Positions 23,256 through 35,446 of a stretch of 64,000 bases of DNA are shown here, piece by piece. The stretch is from contig BROI01000002.1 of NCBI GenBank assembly GCA_027923505.1, forward strand, positions 620,001-684,000, written 5' to 3'. Made by a program: the position numbers and the translations under genes. Source of the stretch: Mayamaea pseudoterrestris. Taxonomy: Eukaryota. The notes beneath the pieces were generated by a model, which worked only from the letters and a program-made list of their open reading frames with translations, was not told the DNA's origin and did not search any database. How positions within the stretch are numbered: the first letter of the stretch is position 1; each line of letters begins with the position of its first letter.

Positions 23256-26200
23256 CTAAACTATTTGTATGTCGCTGCCCATCATTTCTTTTGGCAATGC
23301 GTACTCATCTTCCTTCAGGTCAAGTGATCCGATATTGTCAAGGTTGTCGGAAGCATCGTCCGATTCCGAGTCGTCGTCGCCCGATGCGTCAGACTGAGAT
23401 GATGAATGCCGGGCAAACTCTGACGCGTGGTTGAACTCGCCGTCCTTTGGTATGAAGATAGGATTGTTTTCTTCCTTTTCGGCATTTCTTGACCTGTAGT
23501 AGCGCCACAGGAAATACGCTGATATTATCATGGCCAGCGCGCTCAGGACAAGCCCGGCAACGAGTCCACCCTTTTTGACGGTACCAGTACAAGTGTCAAC
23601 CATGTCATTGCTACCAATCGCAGAACAATCAATTCCCATACCCGATAAGACGCTGCTGTAGGCAGCAATGACGACTGCCGCACCCTGCGGTAGAGCTTTG
23701 CCAGAAATCAGGTCGAAACTGTCGGCAATTGTATTAGCTGCTTCTTCGTCAACATCGTGAATAAGCGGAAGTACCGCTTGACTATACACGTAAGCCTGAG
23801 CAAGTAGTTGTTGTTGCCTGGCACCTGAGGTTTTTTGCAGGAGCAATGCTGTGCTGATGGCGCCTTGAATCAAGGGAACGGGCAGGAGGAAGGCGACTCG
23901 ACTCGCCGACTCCTGCAAATCATTGCAGCTTTCTGTCAGGGCAGCTCCGCGACCAGTGAATAGCTGGAGCACAATCATATCATTAAACTCAGAACTGCCG
24001 CGGACTTGGTGAGAGCAAGTGTCAAATTCCTCGCATTGCTGCTTTGAAAGCGCCCATAGTAACCTTCCCTCCGTTGACCCAGCTTCGGACGTACCCTCCA
24101 TGGATCCAATAATCCAAGACGCGGCCTTGTCCCATGCGGCGCCTGCCTTTTCGCTATTGCCGTCAATGCAAGCTTCAACCGCTTCTTGTACTCCCATTAA
24201 TGCTCCCATGTAAAGAACCATGAATGAAGCGATGCCAGTCAGGAGTGTCCGACGCTCCTCGGCCTCTAGGCCATTGTTGGCCATAAAGGCGAATCGAACA
24301 ACAGTATCGGCGTACGAACTGTCGCCTTGGTTATACCGTTTAAACGACTCGAACTGGGGGACTCTGGAACGATCCATGGATGTTGCCAAACTCTGGAGAC
24401 TGAGCGCCGTCCTATCGCTCGAAGTTTCCAGTTCCACGTGCTTGCCGTACTCGTAAAGTTGCTCGGCTGCCTCGTATGCTTCCATTCGCATGAGAATGTC
24501 AAGTTCTTGAATGTCCAAGTCAATCTTTGCAAAGTTTGTAATGTCTGTCGCGGCCTTGTAGCCAGCGATGGCAAAAGTCTCTTCCGACTTGGCGCATGAG
24601 ACGCTCGTCTCCGTCTTGTGAAGTCCAACCTCGTTACAAGCAATATTGAAACAAGGGAAAGTTTTCCTAATGGCGTCTACCAGCAAGTCGACCTCAACCT
24701 CGCTGTGAGAATAATCAAGCAACTTTGAACGCAGAAATTCAAACTGCGTTGGGCTGCAAGCAGCAACAAGTGGAACATAGGCATGGGCATAAACTCGTAT
24801 ACGGGCACGGTCTCCAACTCGCAAGTTGTGAATGAGGCCTTGAGCGTTAACAACAAGCATCTGAGCTATAATCTTGTTGACGATATGGAGTAGTCGCTTG
24901 ATTGTTGCATCTTCGGCGCATGCACTTGGTAACGACAGCTCAAACTTCGCCTGATGAAATAAGCGGAGGATGTTTGTATTAACAGTCGACTGCTTGCCTT
25001 GCATAGTGTTGAAGTACCCCCCGAGTTCTTCGGCAAGGGCATAGAAAAGATGACCTTTCTTTGTGTTGTCTGGATCAGCGAGCTCGCCATCGCCTATCCA
25101 ATAGGCGACCGCGCCATCGACTGAGTGCACGGCTTCGTCGTCAGTAAACATTCTATTCTTGCAGCTCGCGACGGTTAGATACAAATCATTTGCTAGCTCC
25201 ATCCATAAATTGAGAACAACAGCAGCCTCAGCGGCCACTGGCGATTTCAGAGGTGCGCCATCTGTCAATGCTTCTTGTACAATTGTGTTGGCGTACTGTC
25301 CGGCCTGCTCTCCCATGTAAAGACCTTGACTATCACGAAGTGCATAAACAGTAACCTGGTAGAGTGGATTATTCCTCATCGTTGTACTCGCATTTGTCGA
25401 AAACGAAGCAAAACTCCTCAGGTCGACAGCGACACCTTGGGCGTCGAAAATTGGTGAATTCTCGCCTTCGTCGTAAATGATTTTTGCCAGGGCCTCACGA
25501 CCAACTACCAACGCATCTTGCATCGCCTGAATGTCTAGAGCGATGTTGGCCTTGTCTTTGACATACGTAGACGTTGTGTATAAATCTTCTCCCAAATCTG
25601 TCGGAGTGTCGCGCTTAGGTTCAGTGGCTGACGTGCCACACGCTGAAAGACCAGTTGACGCCGGAACGCCGATAACGTTGCAGCTGATATTCATGGCATC
25701 ATATGCTCCCAGAAAAGCATTGAGCACATATTCGACCCCGTCAATAACCGGTTTACCATCGAGATGAAACTCCATGTTGCTTTGAACGATTGCAGCTGAA
25801 GTCTGATTAGCACTGTTCACGAAAGGTAGAATCGAGTCCGCTAGGATTGAACCAGAGGAAAGAGTCATATTCATAGATTGAGCAGGCAGCTTTTCGTTGA
25901 GCGCAGCAAATAACAGCGTTCCTTGGATAAGTGGAACCTGCATCGTCGCCAAGAGGTCCTGCAGGATTTCCTCAGCTGCGTCGCAATTGTTGGATACCAT
26001 AGCTCGCTTCATGTCTCGAAGTGACACAAGGACGAAATCATTCACAGCAGAATCAGTTCCTTCCTCGCACTTTCCGAACGTCCGGCACATGTCTTTGCTC
26101 AGAGCAAACATCAGTTTTCCACTTCCATCAGGGTCGCCTCCAGGATCAGGTCCTTCAATTGAACCGGCGAACAATGCTGCAGCTTGGTCAACGAGAGTGA

Positions 26201-29200
26201 TGTCGTTTTGGCTTGACTTGCATAGCGTTATGGAGGATCGAAGCTTCGTAGCAATTTGCATGGACGTGACTGATGTCTGGAAAGACCTCGTCACTGCTTC
26301 GGAGAGTTGCCGACGGGAAGCGCTCGCGAATATACCATTATCGCTCTGCCAAGTCGTCATGGCAGAGAGTATTAAAGAATTGGTGTAGTTGGCGGTTTGG
26401 AAGTAATTTACATAAGAATTGAACCAGTCGCCCGCGTCGCTTCTGTCGCCTGCCGACAACGACTGTAATGTGATTGGTGTGCCATCCGCATTAAGGCTGT
26501 TCCTTCCGTTCACGTAGTAATCATAGGCAAGCTTGTAGGATTTGGTGCGCATGAAAACATCAATCTGAGTAACGTCTAGATCGATTCTCGACAATTCAGA
26601 GACATCAGTATCGGTTGCATATCCGGCTATCATAGATGCGCCCTGGAAACGTTCAATTTGCGAGCAGATTGCAGCAACCATATTCTGAAGCTCTGGGCGC
26701 GAGTTTGATGTGTCGCCAAGGTCCGCGCATGTGATTCGTAGGCAGCTAAGAACCTTGCCAAATCTCAGAATTACGTCATTGTTAATGAGCATCGAACGAT
26801 CAAAATCGAGAAATAGTGCATCTCGTAGATTTTCATATGTTCCCATGTCACATCCAGTAGCTTGCGGGATGAATGACAACGCATACAACTCGACATGGTT
26901 GCGATTGTTGTCGCTGATTGACGCAAGAAGCAACTGAAGAAGTATTTTTGATATTGACCGAACAATTTCATCCACTTTTTTCGTGAGCAAAACGGAAGTA
27001 CTGTTTATAGATCCACAGTCAACTGCGAGCTCTTGCGCATCGTTAAAGAGTTGCATGAGCTCAGAATTTATTGGGGCTTCCTTCTCGTTGTTTCCATAGC
27101 TTCGAAATGCGTGTTGCGCTTGCGCATACAGCATCCAGCCACTATTAAAACTTCCCTCCCCTTGTTCTTGGCCGATCCACAAGGCCACTGCCGAGTCAAT
27201 CATGTCAGTAGCATTTAGTTGCTTTGTGCAGCTTCTGACGGATTCATATAAACGATGCGCAATCATCATATAGCTATTCATGACAATGCTTGTATCTGCA
27301 GCAAGCTGTGGGCTGTTTCCTTTATCGGGATTCAGGGCAAGCTCAACCACCGTGTCCGCAAATGCAAAGTCTTGCTCCTGGGCCGGTTTATCGAAATCTT
27401 CATCGTCGTAGAACGCCACGAGATAGAAATTGTAAAGAGGATCATCTGCCATGAGTTCGGCTGCTTTTCTGCTAAAATCAGCCAGACTCTCCACGCCGAT
27501 GCCGCCGTATAGCCCGTTTGTTGCATACTTGGATGCACTTGAATATATTGCGGCTGCGGCTTCCACGCTGTCAGCAGTTGCAATGTCCCGAATATCCATT
27601 GAGAATTGAGAATCTCCTTCAGCAATTCGTTGATTCAAGAAGTTGTAACGTCCCCAAGCGATGCCTTTTGGGTCTGTTGGAGGAACGACAACGGGCGGTT
27701 CGGTCGCTTCAGATGAAGGTGTCGGAGCAGAAGTATCTACAGTGTCTGGTTGACCGACTGTCGGATCATCTTCACAAACACCGTACGATCCTCCAGCCAT
27801 GTTAAGTTTGCCAATGCGTCGACAATCCGTATCCATAGTTGTCAGCGCAGCACGTACCGCATCAAAGACCGCCGACACGTTCGGAGTGACTAGTACATCG
27901 GAGTTACTTTCTATCGTTGCCGCCGCCGTTGTGCTCGCTCTGTTAATAGTCGGAAGGATTGCTCTCGAATAGGCATAGAGCGCACCAGTACTTCCTTCCA
28001 TTGCGCCGTCTGTCGCAGCTGCAGTGTGATAGAGTGTCGCTTGGATAAGTGGGATCATCAAGTATGGCTTAATATTCTGCTGTATGATACTGAGCGCATC
28101 TTGGCAAGCGCCGACGGCGAGTGTATTTCGTCCAAATTCAAAGTAGTTCAGCAGCGCTTCATTAACAGCCGAGTCCATTGGAACGCATACATTAAAATTG
28201 TCGCAAAGGGAAATAGCGAGACCGAAGAGCAAACTACCCGTGTCCGCCAGCGACTCAGTTTCTCCTTCCATCGATCCAATGTAGAATGCAGCCCCGCCGT
28301 CCCAATAGGAGAGCGCAGACTCTTCGGAGCTGCTTGGATTCTCGCAAACAGAAATGGCGGACTCAAACTCGGAGGCCACTGAAAAGTACATGACGATCCC
28401 TTCCAACACCCCTGCCACGACATTGACTCGGTCTTCGACTGACATTGCATCAAAAGGCGACTGAAGATCCAACACATTCATTATCAAATTCTCCGCAAAG
28501 TTCTCATCGGGAAAATACAGCTTGAATCGCTCATACTCAACACTCGTCACGAGGCTAAAGTTGTTGGTCGCTAGCTCCTTAATGCTGAAATCGGTGTTCC
28601 ATCCGTAGTTGTAGTAGTCTCGCACCGCGTTGTACGCTTCGAGTCGCATAAACATGCGGATATGGCGAAGATCGCGATCAATATATGCCTTGCGATCAAC
28701 GTCTGTGGATGGAGCGTAGCTAGCAAGCGCCGTAATTTTATGGTCGGTGCACTCTGGGATTCGTCCACTTTGATACTCGCCAATGTCCGAGCACAAGACA
28801 TGCAAGCAGCTGTAAGCCTTTTGCAGCGTAGTCTTAATCTCGGCGCGACTGTCTGCAGTCACGGAATTCTGCACTGTCAGCTTCATTAGTGTTTCATACG
28901 CGTACGTGTCGCAAGCGGCAATCTGGGGCAGTATGGCCAGCGAGTAAAGCTCGGTAAAGTCGGAATCCGCTGTCACTTCAAGGTGGTGAAGAAACATTTG
29001 GACCAAGACAATGTTTGTTGACTTGATCAAAGACTTGACTTTGGCTCGAACCTCCTTGTAGCCATCTACTCCGGTCTTGCAAATGCCATTGTCAATGTCT
29101 TGCTTAATGCCGACAAATGTTTCCAGTACCAGCTTGTTAATTAACGCTTCGCCAGAGCTCCCATCTTGATCAAAATTCGTGCCAGATCGCTCGCCAAGAT

Positions 29201-29903
29201 TGTAAAGCATAAATCCTTGTACATTGTTTCCTCGAGGCTGGCCTTCGCCAATGTACAGTGCTGCTGCTTGGTCAAGAAATGCAATCATTTGAGAAGCGTC
29301 CCCATTCGCTTCGCAAACTTGCAGCATCTTATAAAAGGTTCCCCAGTAGCTCATGACAACATTCATAACTAGCGCTGCATCGCCTTGAATGCGCGTTCGG
29401 TTCAAGGAAAACAAGTCGTTGACCAATGTATTGCCGTATTCTTCAATGGGCGATCCATCAAAGTAACCAGTCTCGTCGCCTTCCTCTTTCATACCCAGCT
29501 CGTGAAAGGCATATCGGTAAACATTATACAGTGGAAATTCCGAGTACTGCGACGAGTTGCTGCTCAGACCAGCCAATGTCAAGGGCAGGGCATTTCTTCC
29601 ATTATCGAAAATGTTTCGCTTCTGCGAAAGATCCGTGCTCACGCGCATGTCGCGAATGTCGTAGGAAAGGTTCAGTCTGATGCAACCAACACAAATGAAA
29701 CAGCATCATGTTAGTAAATCGTAGCATTCTTATCAATGCACCTACACCGAGATGTAGAACTTTAGAACGTACAATCTGGAAACATCAGTCGTCGTCACAT
29801 ATCCAAAGGATCCGTCGGTGAGTGACGCTCTCGCCGTGGAGGCGAGCAGCAGCGCCAGTTGCAGCAAACGCCAATGGCTTCCAAAGATTGCCATGGTAGA
29901 CAT
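23256..29903 (-). CDS. Type I membrane protein (~2183 aa) with six FEA1/ISIP2A-family (low-iron-inducible) domains
   Basis: Exon 1 (29903-29773) encodes the signal peptide MSTMAIFGSHWRLLQLALLLASTARA. GT-AG intron 29772-29677 joins in frame to the 2130-aa ORF. Repeated motifs AGYxxxTD..IDLD, WDxxAAxxIGSMEG and VPLIQG. C-terminal TM helix LVAGLVLSALAMIISAYFLW. Confidence 0.8.
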
Positions 29904-30214
29904 TGACTGCTGCGTGTGTATTTGATAGCTTTGGTACGCACACCAAGGTCCTCCAAAAGGCGCGTCGCTGCGTTCGGTTGAGTCGAAAATTGGTTTGCGA
30001 GGCTTGGAATGCGTTGAGCTCGGCTGGCTTGTTTGAGAGCGCCAGCCGTGCCACGTGAAGAAGCACAGAAGCCCACTGTTGATTACTTGATACCGCTTAC
30101 TAACTCGCGCGTTCACCCAATTTCCAAGGGCAAGGTTTCAGACAGCGCAACTACCTTGACGTATACATCGTCATTGTCTCTCTCAAATATAGCTTCCAGT
30201 AGTGTAAACAAAAT

Positions 30215-30693
30215 ATGGTATGTTGACGATTGGAAATTTAGACTTACCTTGCTGACGAGGAAAGCCAAATGGACGTTGGATCTTCTTTATAAAGGAAATG
30301 GCGGCCGTCGTGTCGGTTTCTTGTTTAAAGTATCCTGCAATGTTTTCGCTCTAGCAATGATAAAGTCGCATTTTACGGCTGTTCAATGCTAATCTATTTT
30401 CTATTTTCTCGTGATTCCAGACTAAAGGTACAACATCCTTCGGAGAGCGCAAGAACAAGTCACACACAACGTGCCGTCGTTGTGGCAAGGTTTCGTTCCA
30501 CATTCAAAAGTCAACCTGCGCATCATGTGGCTACCCATCCCCTAAAATGAGACAGTACAATTGGGGTGCCAAGGCCAAGGGTCGACGCACTGAAGGTACA
30601 GGACGAATGCGTTACATGAAGCACATGACGAGAAAGTTCAAGAATGGTTTCCGGGAGGGAACACAAGCCAAGAAAATGATCAAGTCGGCGTAA
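30215..30693 (+). CDS. RPL37: 60S ribosomal protein L37 (eL37), 91 aa; exon 1 is the ATG only
   Basis: ATG at 30215-30217, intron gtatgt...ttccag 30218-30420. Exon 2 translates [39 protein letters not shown]...[13 protein letters not shown]...FKNGFREG, stop at 30691-30693. Absent from the ORF track. Confidence 0.97.
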
Positions 30694-30880
30694 ATACTTG
30701 ATATACAATCTTAACTTGACATAGAATGATGTTACACAACTCCAAAGCTGGTCCATGGCTCATTCATGTTGCGTATTGCCGGCCTAGACTTAGCTACGTC
30801 CTCCATTAATAGTAGCAGACATTAGAGTGGGATAGATCTTATAGTTTCAGATAGCAGCAAATCACGCCAAGTTATTACTT

Positions 30881-33134
30881 CTAAGAAGACTCTTCCACTG
30901 TTCCCTTCATAGTCAATTCATCGGCATCCTGTGCGCACCGATGCATTTCGTTCAGCAAATCGTCCACGGCAAAGGTTCCGAGATCGCCAAGCTTTCGACT
31001 TCGAACGGCAAGAGTTCTTGTCTCTAACTCCTTCATGCCAACAATCGCCATGATGGGAACGCGGGCTTGTTCGGCGTTGCGAATCTGCTTTGGTAGACGC
31101 TCATTGCCTCGGTCGACTTCGACCTGTAGACCCATCTTGCGGGCCTGTTGAGCGACCTCCTGGCAGTAATCGTTGACAGCATCCGTCACTGGAAGTAGCT
31201 TTAACTGTGTCGGCGCCAACCATAGTGGAAAGTCACCGGCACAATTCTCGATCAAAATGCCAAAGAAGCGCTCCAGTGACCCAAAAATGGCACGGTGCAC
31301 CATGATGGGACGCTCCCGCGTACCTTCAGCACTGACATACTCGAGACCAAATCGCTCGGGCAGGTTAAAGTCGCATTGAACAGTTGAGCACTGCCACTGG
31401 CGACCAATGGCGTCACGAATCTTCAAGTCAATCTTGGGACCGTAAAAGGCACCGCCACCTTCATCGACGCCATACTCCCAACCCTTTTGCTCGAGTGCAC
31501 CCTTGAGTGCCGCTGTTGCTGCTACCCAGATTTCGTCACTGCCAACAGCCTTTTCCGGACGCGTCGAAAGCATAATCTCGTACTTGTCAAAGCCAAAGCG
31601 AGAGAGAATGGTTTCCGTTAAGTCCAAAACGGCTACAATCTCGTCCTGCAGCTGCTCGGGCAAGCAGAAAATGTGCGCATCATCCTGCGTGAAACCGCGG
31701 ACTCGCATTAATCCGTGCAGTGTGCCGGATCGTTCATATCTGCAAAAGGAACAATGAAATTATAAATGTGTGAGAAACTGCACCAGCAAAAAAAGCTCTC
31801 AATGCCTTTGTGAATTCTTGCATAGAACATCAAGCGTACCTATAGACAGTTCCAAGCTCGGCCCATCGATATGGAAGGTCACGATATGATCGCAGCTCAT
31901 CCTTATACATTAGGCAATGAAATGGACAGTTCATGGGCTTTATTTGATACTGCTCGTCCTCGACATCCATTTGATCAAACATGTCTTGCCGATAAAAGTC
32001 AAAATGTCCACTAGTCTTCCACAAATTGATATTGGCAATATGCGGACTGTAAACAATATCGTAACCTGCCGCCACATGCGAGTCCTTCCAAAAGTCTTCA
32101 ATCAATCGTCGCACCTTACTTCCCTTGGGGTGCCAAAAGACCAAACCACCACCCGCATCCTCCTGAATACTAAACAAATCAAGCTTGTTTCCAAGTACGC
32201 GATGATCCCGCTTCTTGGCTTCCTCTACCATTTTCTTGTATTGCTTGAGTTGACTCGGCTCCTTCCAGGCTGTCGCGTAAATGCGCTGCAGCATTTCGCG
32301 GTTCTCGTCACCCCTCCAGTAGGCGCCGGCAACGTTCAACAACTGAATCGCCTTTTTCGGAATCTTGCCAGTCGATTCGACATGCGGACCCGCGCACAAG
32401 TCCCACCATTGGTCGCCAATGCTGTAAATGGTAATGGGTTCCGTCTTGATGCTGTCTAGAATTTCAAGTTTGAATGGTTCATTCAGCGTTTCAATGCGCC
32501 GGCGAGCCTCCTCGCGACTAACTTCCTCGCGCTCGATTGGTAAATTTTGTGAAATAATCTTGTCCATGGCCGACTTGATTTGCTTCAAGTCGGCGTCGGT
32601 CAGTTTGCGTCCCGTCGTTGGGGCGGCGGTGTCGTCAGTAGCAGCTGCTTCATCGTTACCATCCGCTCCTGCCACTGCTGGAAAGTAAAAGTCATAGTAG
32701 AATCCGTTATCAATCCACGGTCCAATCGTCACTTGAGCTTCTGGATATAGCTGCTGCACGGCCATGGCCATGACGTGCGCCGACGAGTGTCGAATCTTGA
32801 GCAAGTCCTCGTCGTTTTCGTTAGTGGGGAGTTCCAGCATGGGCGCTTCATTGGCAGCGTCTTGCTGTGACTGCGTTTGCTGGTCAGCGGCAGGCGCGAC
32901 GGATGCAAACAAGCGAGTGTTGCTGTTACGCGCAAAAGATAATTTGGATTGTCTGTTAATGCTGCTGCTGTCTATGAGCCATGAAGTAGTTGCTCTTGCG
33001 CATCCAGTCGTCGATTTGACGCCTCGACGCGCAATTGACGACTTTGGAATCAAGGCAGCAGCTCGCCGTGCCGTCGATGATACTGCTAACACTGCCAAAA
33101 TGGTCATGCTTCTTGCTGACAAGCCAAACTTCAT
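30881..33134 (-). CDS. thrS: Threonyl-tRNA synthetase, bacterial/organellar type with N-terminal targeting presequence
   Basis: Motifs [49 protein letters not shown] (restored across intron 31839-31740) and [11 protein letters not shown]. Likely start [20 protein letters not shown] at 33134. Confidence 0.95.
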
Positions 33135-33410
33135 GCTATGTCTATCTTCTTGGTTGCTTTTGTTGACTGCGTGATTGATGTTCGTCGGGACTGATGGGTG
33201 ATGGGTACGTCGAAAGCGATTCAAAGGTCGGATAACCTCGTCTAAAAACAGCTCACACCGTACAGTTCCGAAGCCAATTCTACGTAGATGCTCAGTGCGC
33301 ACACAAGTTGCAACAGGCGCAAAGCAAACCAGACGAAGATGGGAGCGATGTGATGGCAGACAACATGGTGATGGATGGATCTCGCGGGCGCGCGACGGCG
33401 CGGCACCGAG

Positions 33411-33467
33411 TGACGTCAACGCGAGAAGGATTTAGGGTTAAGGCTAACGGTACTAGATGACGTCATC
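33411..33467. promoter_or_regulatory. Two TGACGTCA (CRE/bZIP-type) palindromes flanking a TTTAGGGTTA telomere-like motif in a divergent promoter
   Basis: TGACGTCA at 33411-33418, GATGACGTCATC at 33456-33467 and tttagggtta at 33431-33440. Lies between the thrS (-) and DNAJC11-like (+) starts. Function is inferred only. Confidence 0.4.
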
Positions 33468-33606
33468 GTAACGCTCCGTCCGTTTCCATGGAACGAGCGG
33501 ATCGCACCATGGCAAAAGATATCCAGCACCGACTTTGATAAGCACCTCTGTAGCTGCCACTGTTACCTGTTTAAGCTTCCAATAGCTACAGCATCATCTT
33601 TCAAAG

Positions 33607-35376
33607 ATGGGTCCTACCGTCCATTGGAAGGATGACGACAGAATGCACAACGGTGGGCATCCCACTACTGTTGTTCTCTCGTCGCCGACGAATTACTCAC
33701 CCAGCAAGCGCAGCAAGAGATACACTCGTTCCCATGAAACTTCTACCATTCCTTCCTCTCCCTTTAGCGTCACGCGAAGGGCCATTTTGGAGCTTCCGGT
33801 CGATCTTGATGTCACTTCCAACAACTACGGACTCTCCCTTCGACCTGCATCCAAGCTCACTCTAAGTACAGCCTTTCCACTATTGGATTCGCTTTCAGCC
33901 TCCATTGACGCCAAGGCTGGAATTAGAGGTCAACATGGATACTACGTTACGAGAACGGGACTTACGTATCAGCACGGCTTGCATCGAAAAGTGTCGTTGC
34001 ATTCACTGTGGGATCACGGAGGAAAATTCCAAAATGTCACACTGTCGGCGCAAACCACTCGACCAGAAGCGGCGAATCTGCAAGTTTCGCTGCAGTCGCA
34101 GCATCAAGGATTGAGCAAAAGAAGTAGTGGATCCTTTCTGTCAAACGTGCTTTGGAAGCCAACCATTATCATCACAAAACCCTTGAGTGAAACGATTGTG
34201 TTTCGCACCCACGCTAGTCTAACTCCATTCAATGGCAGCCTCCTACATGCCACTGGCGACTACACGCAGCAAGTTGCCAAACAGATTGCCGGCTCATCTA
34301 GCATTGATAATGACAATGCAACTAGCAGTCTTACGCTAGCCGACTGTCCCATGCAGCCGATTCATTACGGCGTTTCAGTCGAGTCCCCATCAAGCCGGCA
34401 TGCTTGGAGCTTTGGATTCTCGCACAGCAAGCGGCGCCCGTATCAGCTGCAGTGGAGCTTGGCGCCACGACTATACGAAGGACGAAGTCTGAGTCTTTCG
34501 GGTTCGTACAGGTTGCTTCGCATGGCTGCGACAAGCGGCAGACTGTCAAACTTGCAGTTTGCATGGTCGGCCGACCAGGATCACACCAAGACTGCTTCGC
34601 CAATGGCACTTTCGCGCATTCAACTGAGCGTCTCCGATAGTATTTACTACAATAACATTACATCCGGTGGTCCAGCATGGGCCTGGATTGTTTCAGTGAC
34701 GACGCGGGGTGATTTCACCCTGCGCGTGCCCATTGTGATTGCAACGTCCGCCATGGCGGATCCGTTGCTGTATCCGGCGCAGGCACTCTACGTTGGTGCC
34801 GTGAGCTGGCTTGTTCAGGAAGCGGCGGTGCGGCTCGTGAAACGTTACGCGACGAGTGGTGCGCGACAGAACGGTCTTTCAAGGACGGCAGAAACCGATA
34901 AGGAACGACGCAAGCGCGAGCGACAAGAGGCGGAGAACCAGCAGGCACTCATGAAGTTTCAAGCTAATCGCCGCAAGACGGCCGAGAAGCAGTCCAATGG
35001 ACTTGTTATTAATGTTGCCGTTTACTACACTGTCAAGGAGAAGCTTGATGTGACAGTGCCACTGCGTTTCTGGGTGACTGATTCAAGTCTGGTATTGGCG
35101 GAAACAACAAAGTCCAATTTGTTAGGTTTCTACGACATGTCTTCGGAGAGAAAACATCCCAACCACCATCAACACCTTAAACGATCATCATGGATATCTG
35201 GTTTTTGGAGCAAGGATGATCCAACATTAAATAGCTCAATCTCGTCGTCGCGTGTCACGCCAAAACTGTCCGTCGAGTACACCTATCGCGGTGCATCATA
35301 TCAGTTGACGGTTGAGGATGATGAGGCTTTGGTATTGCCGTCCGATCAAGCGAGGCTTGTTCGACCGGCAATGTAG
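33607..35376 (+). CDS. DNAJC11-like protein (C-terminal DUF3395-type domain); no J-domain visible
   Basis: The C-terminus EKQSNGLVINVAVY...LDVTVPLRFWVTDSSLVL...KSNLLGFYD...PKLSVEYTYRG...VEDDEALVLP matches the DNAJC11 C-terminal pattern. It is preceded by a hydrophobic helix and a coiled coil. Confidence 0.75.
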   Translation: MGPTVHWKDDDRMHNGGHPTTVVLSSPTNYSPSKRSKRYTRSHETSTIPSSPFSVTRRAILELPVDLDVTSNNYGLSLRPASKLTLSTAFPLLDSLSASIDAKAGIRGQHGYYVTRTGLTYQHGLHRKVSLHSLWDHGGKFQNVTLSAQTTRPEAANLQVSLQSQHQGLSKRSSGSFLSNVLWKPTIIITKPLSETIVFRTHASLTPFNGSLLHATGDYTQQVAKQIAGSSSIDNDNATSSLTLADCPMQPIHYGVSVESPSSRHAWSFGFSHSKRRPYQLQWSLAPRLYEGRSLSLSGSYRLLRMAATSGRLSNLQFAWSADQDHTKTASPMALSRIQLSVSDSIYYNNITSGGPAWAWIVSVTTRGDFTLRVPIVIATSAMADPLLYPAQALYVGAVSWLVQEAAVRLVKRYATSGARQNGLSRTAETDKERRKRERQEAENQQALMKFQANRRKTAEKQSNGLVINVAVYYTVKEKLDVTVPLRFWVTDSSLVLAETTKSNLLGFYDMSSERKHPNHHQHLKRSSWISGFWSKDDPTLNSSISSSRVTPKLSVEYTYRGASYQLTVEDDEALVLPSDQARLVRPAM

Positions 35377-35446
35377 CAAATATATGAATAAAACTTATAT
35401 ATGTCATTGTTCATTTTACTTCGAGCGATGATTAATGTTCATTTAT

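Noticed and set aside
30241..30252. U1 snRNA-like 5' end (acttacct) in the RPL37 intron
   Set aside because: Only 8 nt match and no U1 stem-loops or Sm site follow.
33135..33419. 95-aa N-terminal extension of ThrRS given by the ORF track
   Set aside because: It starts at a non-ATG codon and runs through the promoter. The ATG at 33134 gives a plausible presequence.
33431..33443. Telomere or interstitial telomeric tract
   Set aside because: Only about two imperfect units. Kept solely as a possible promoter motif.
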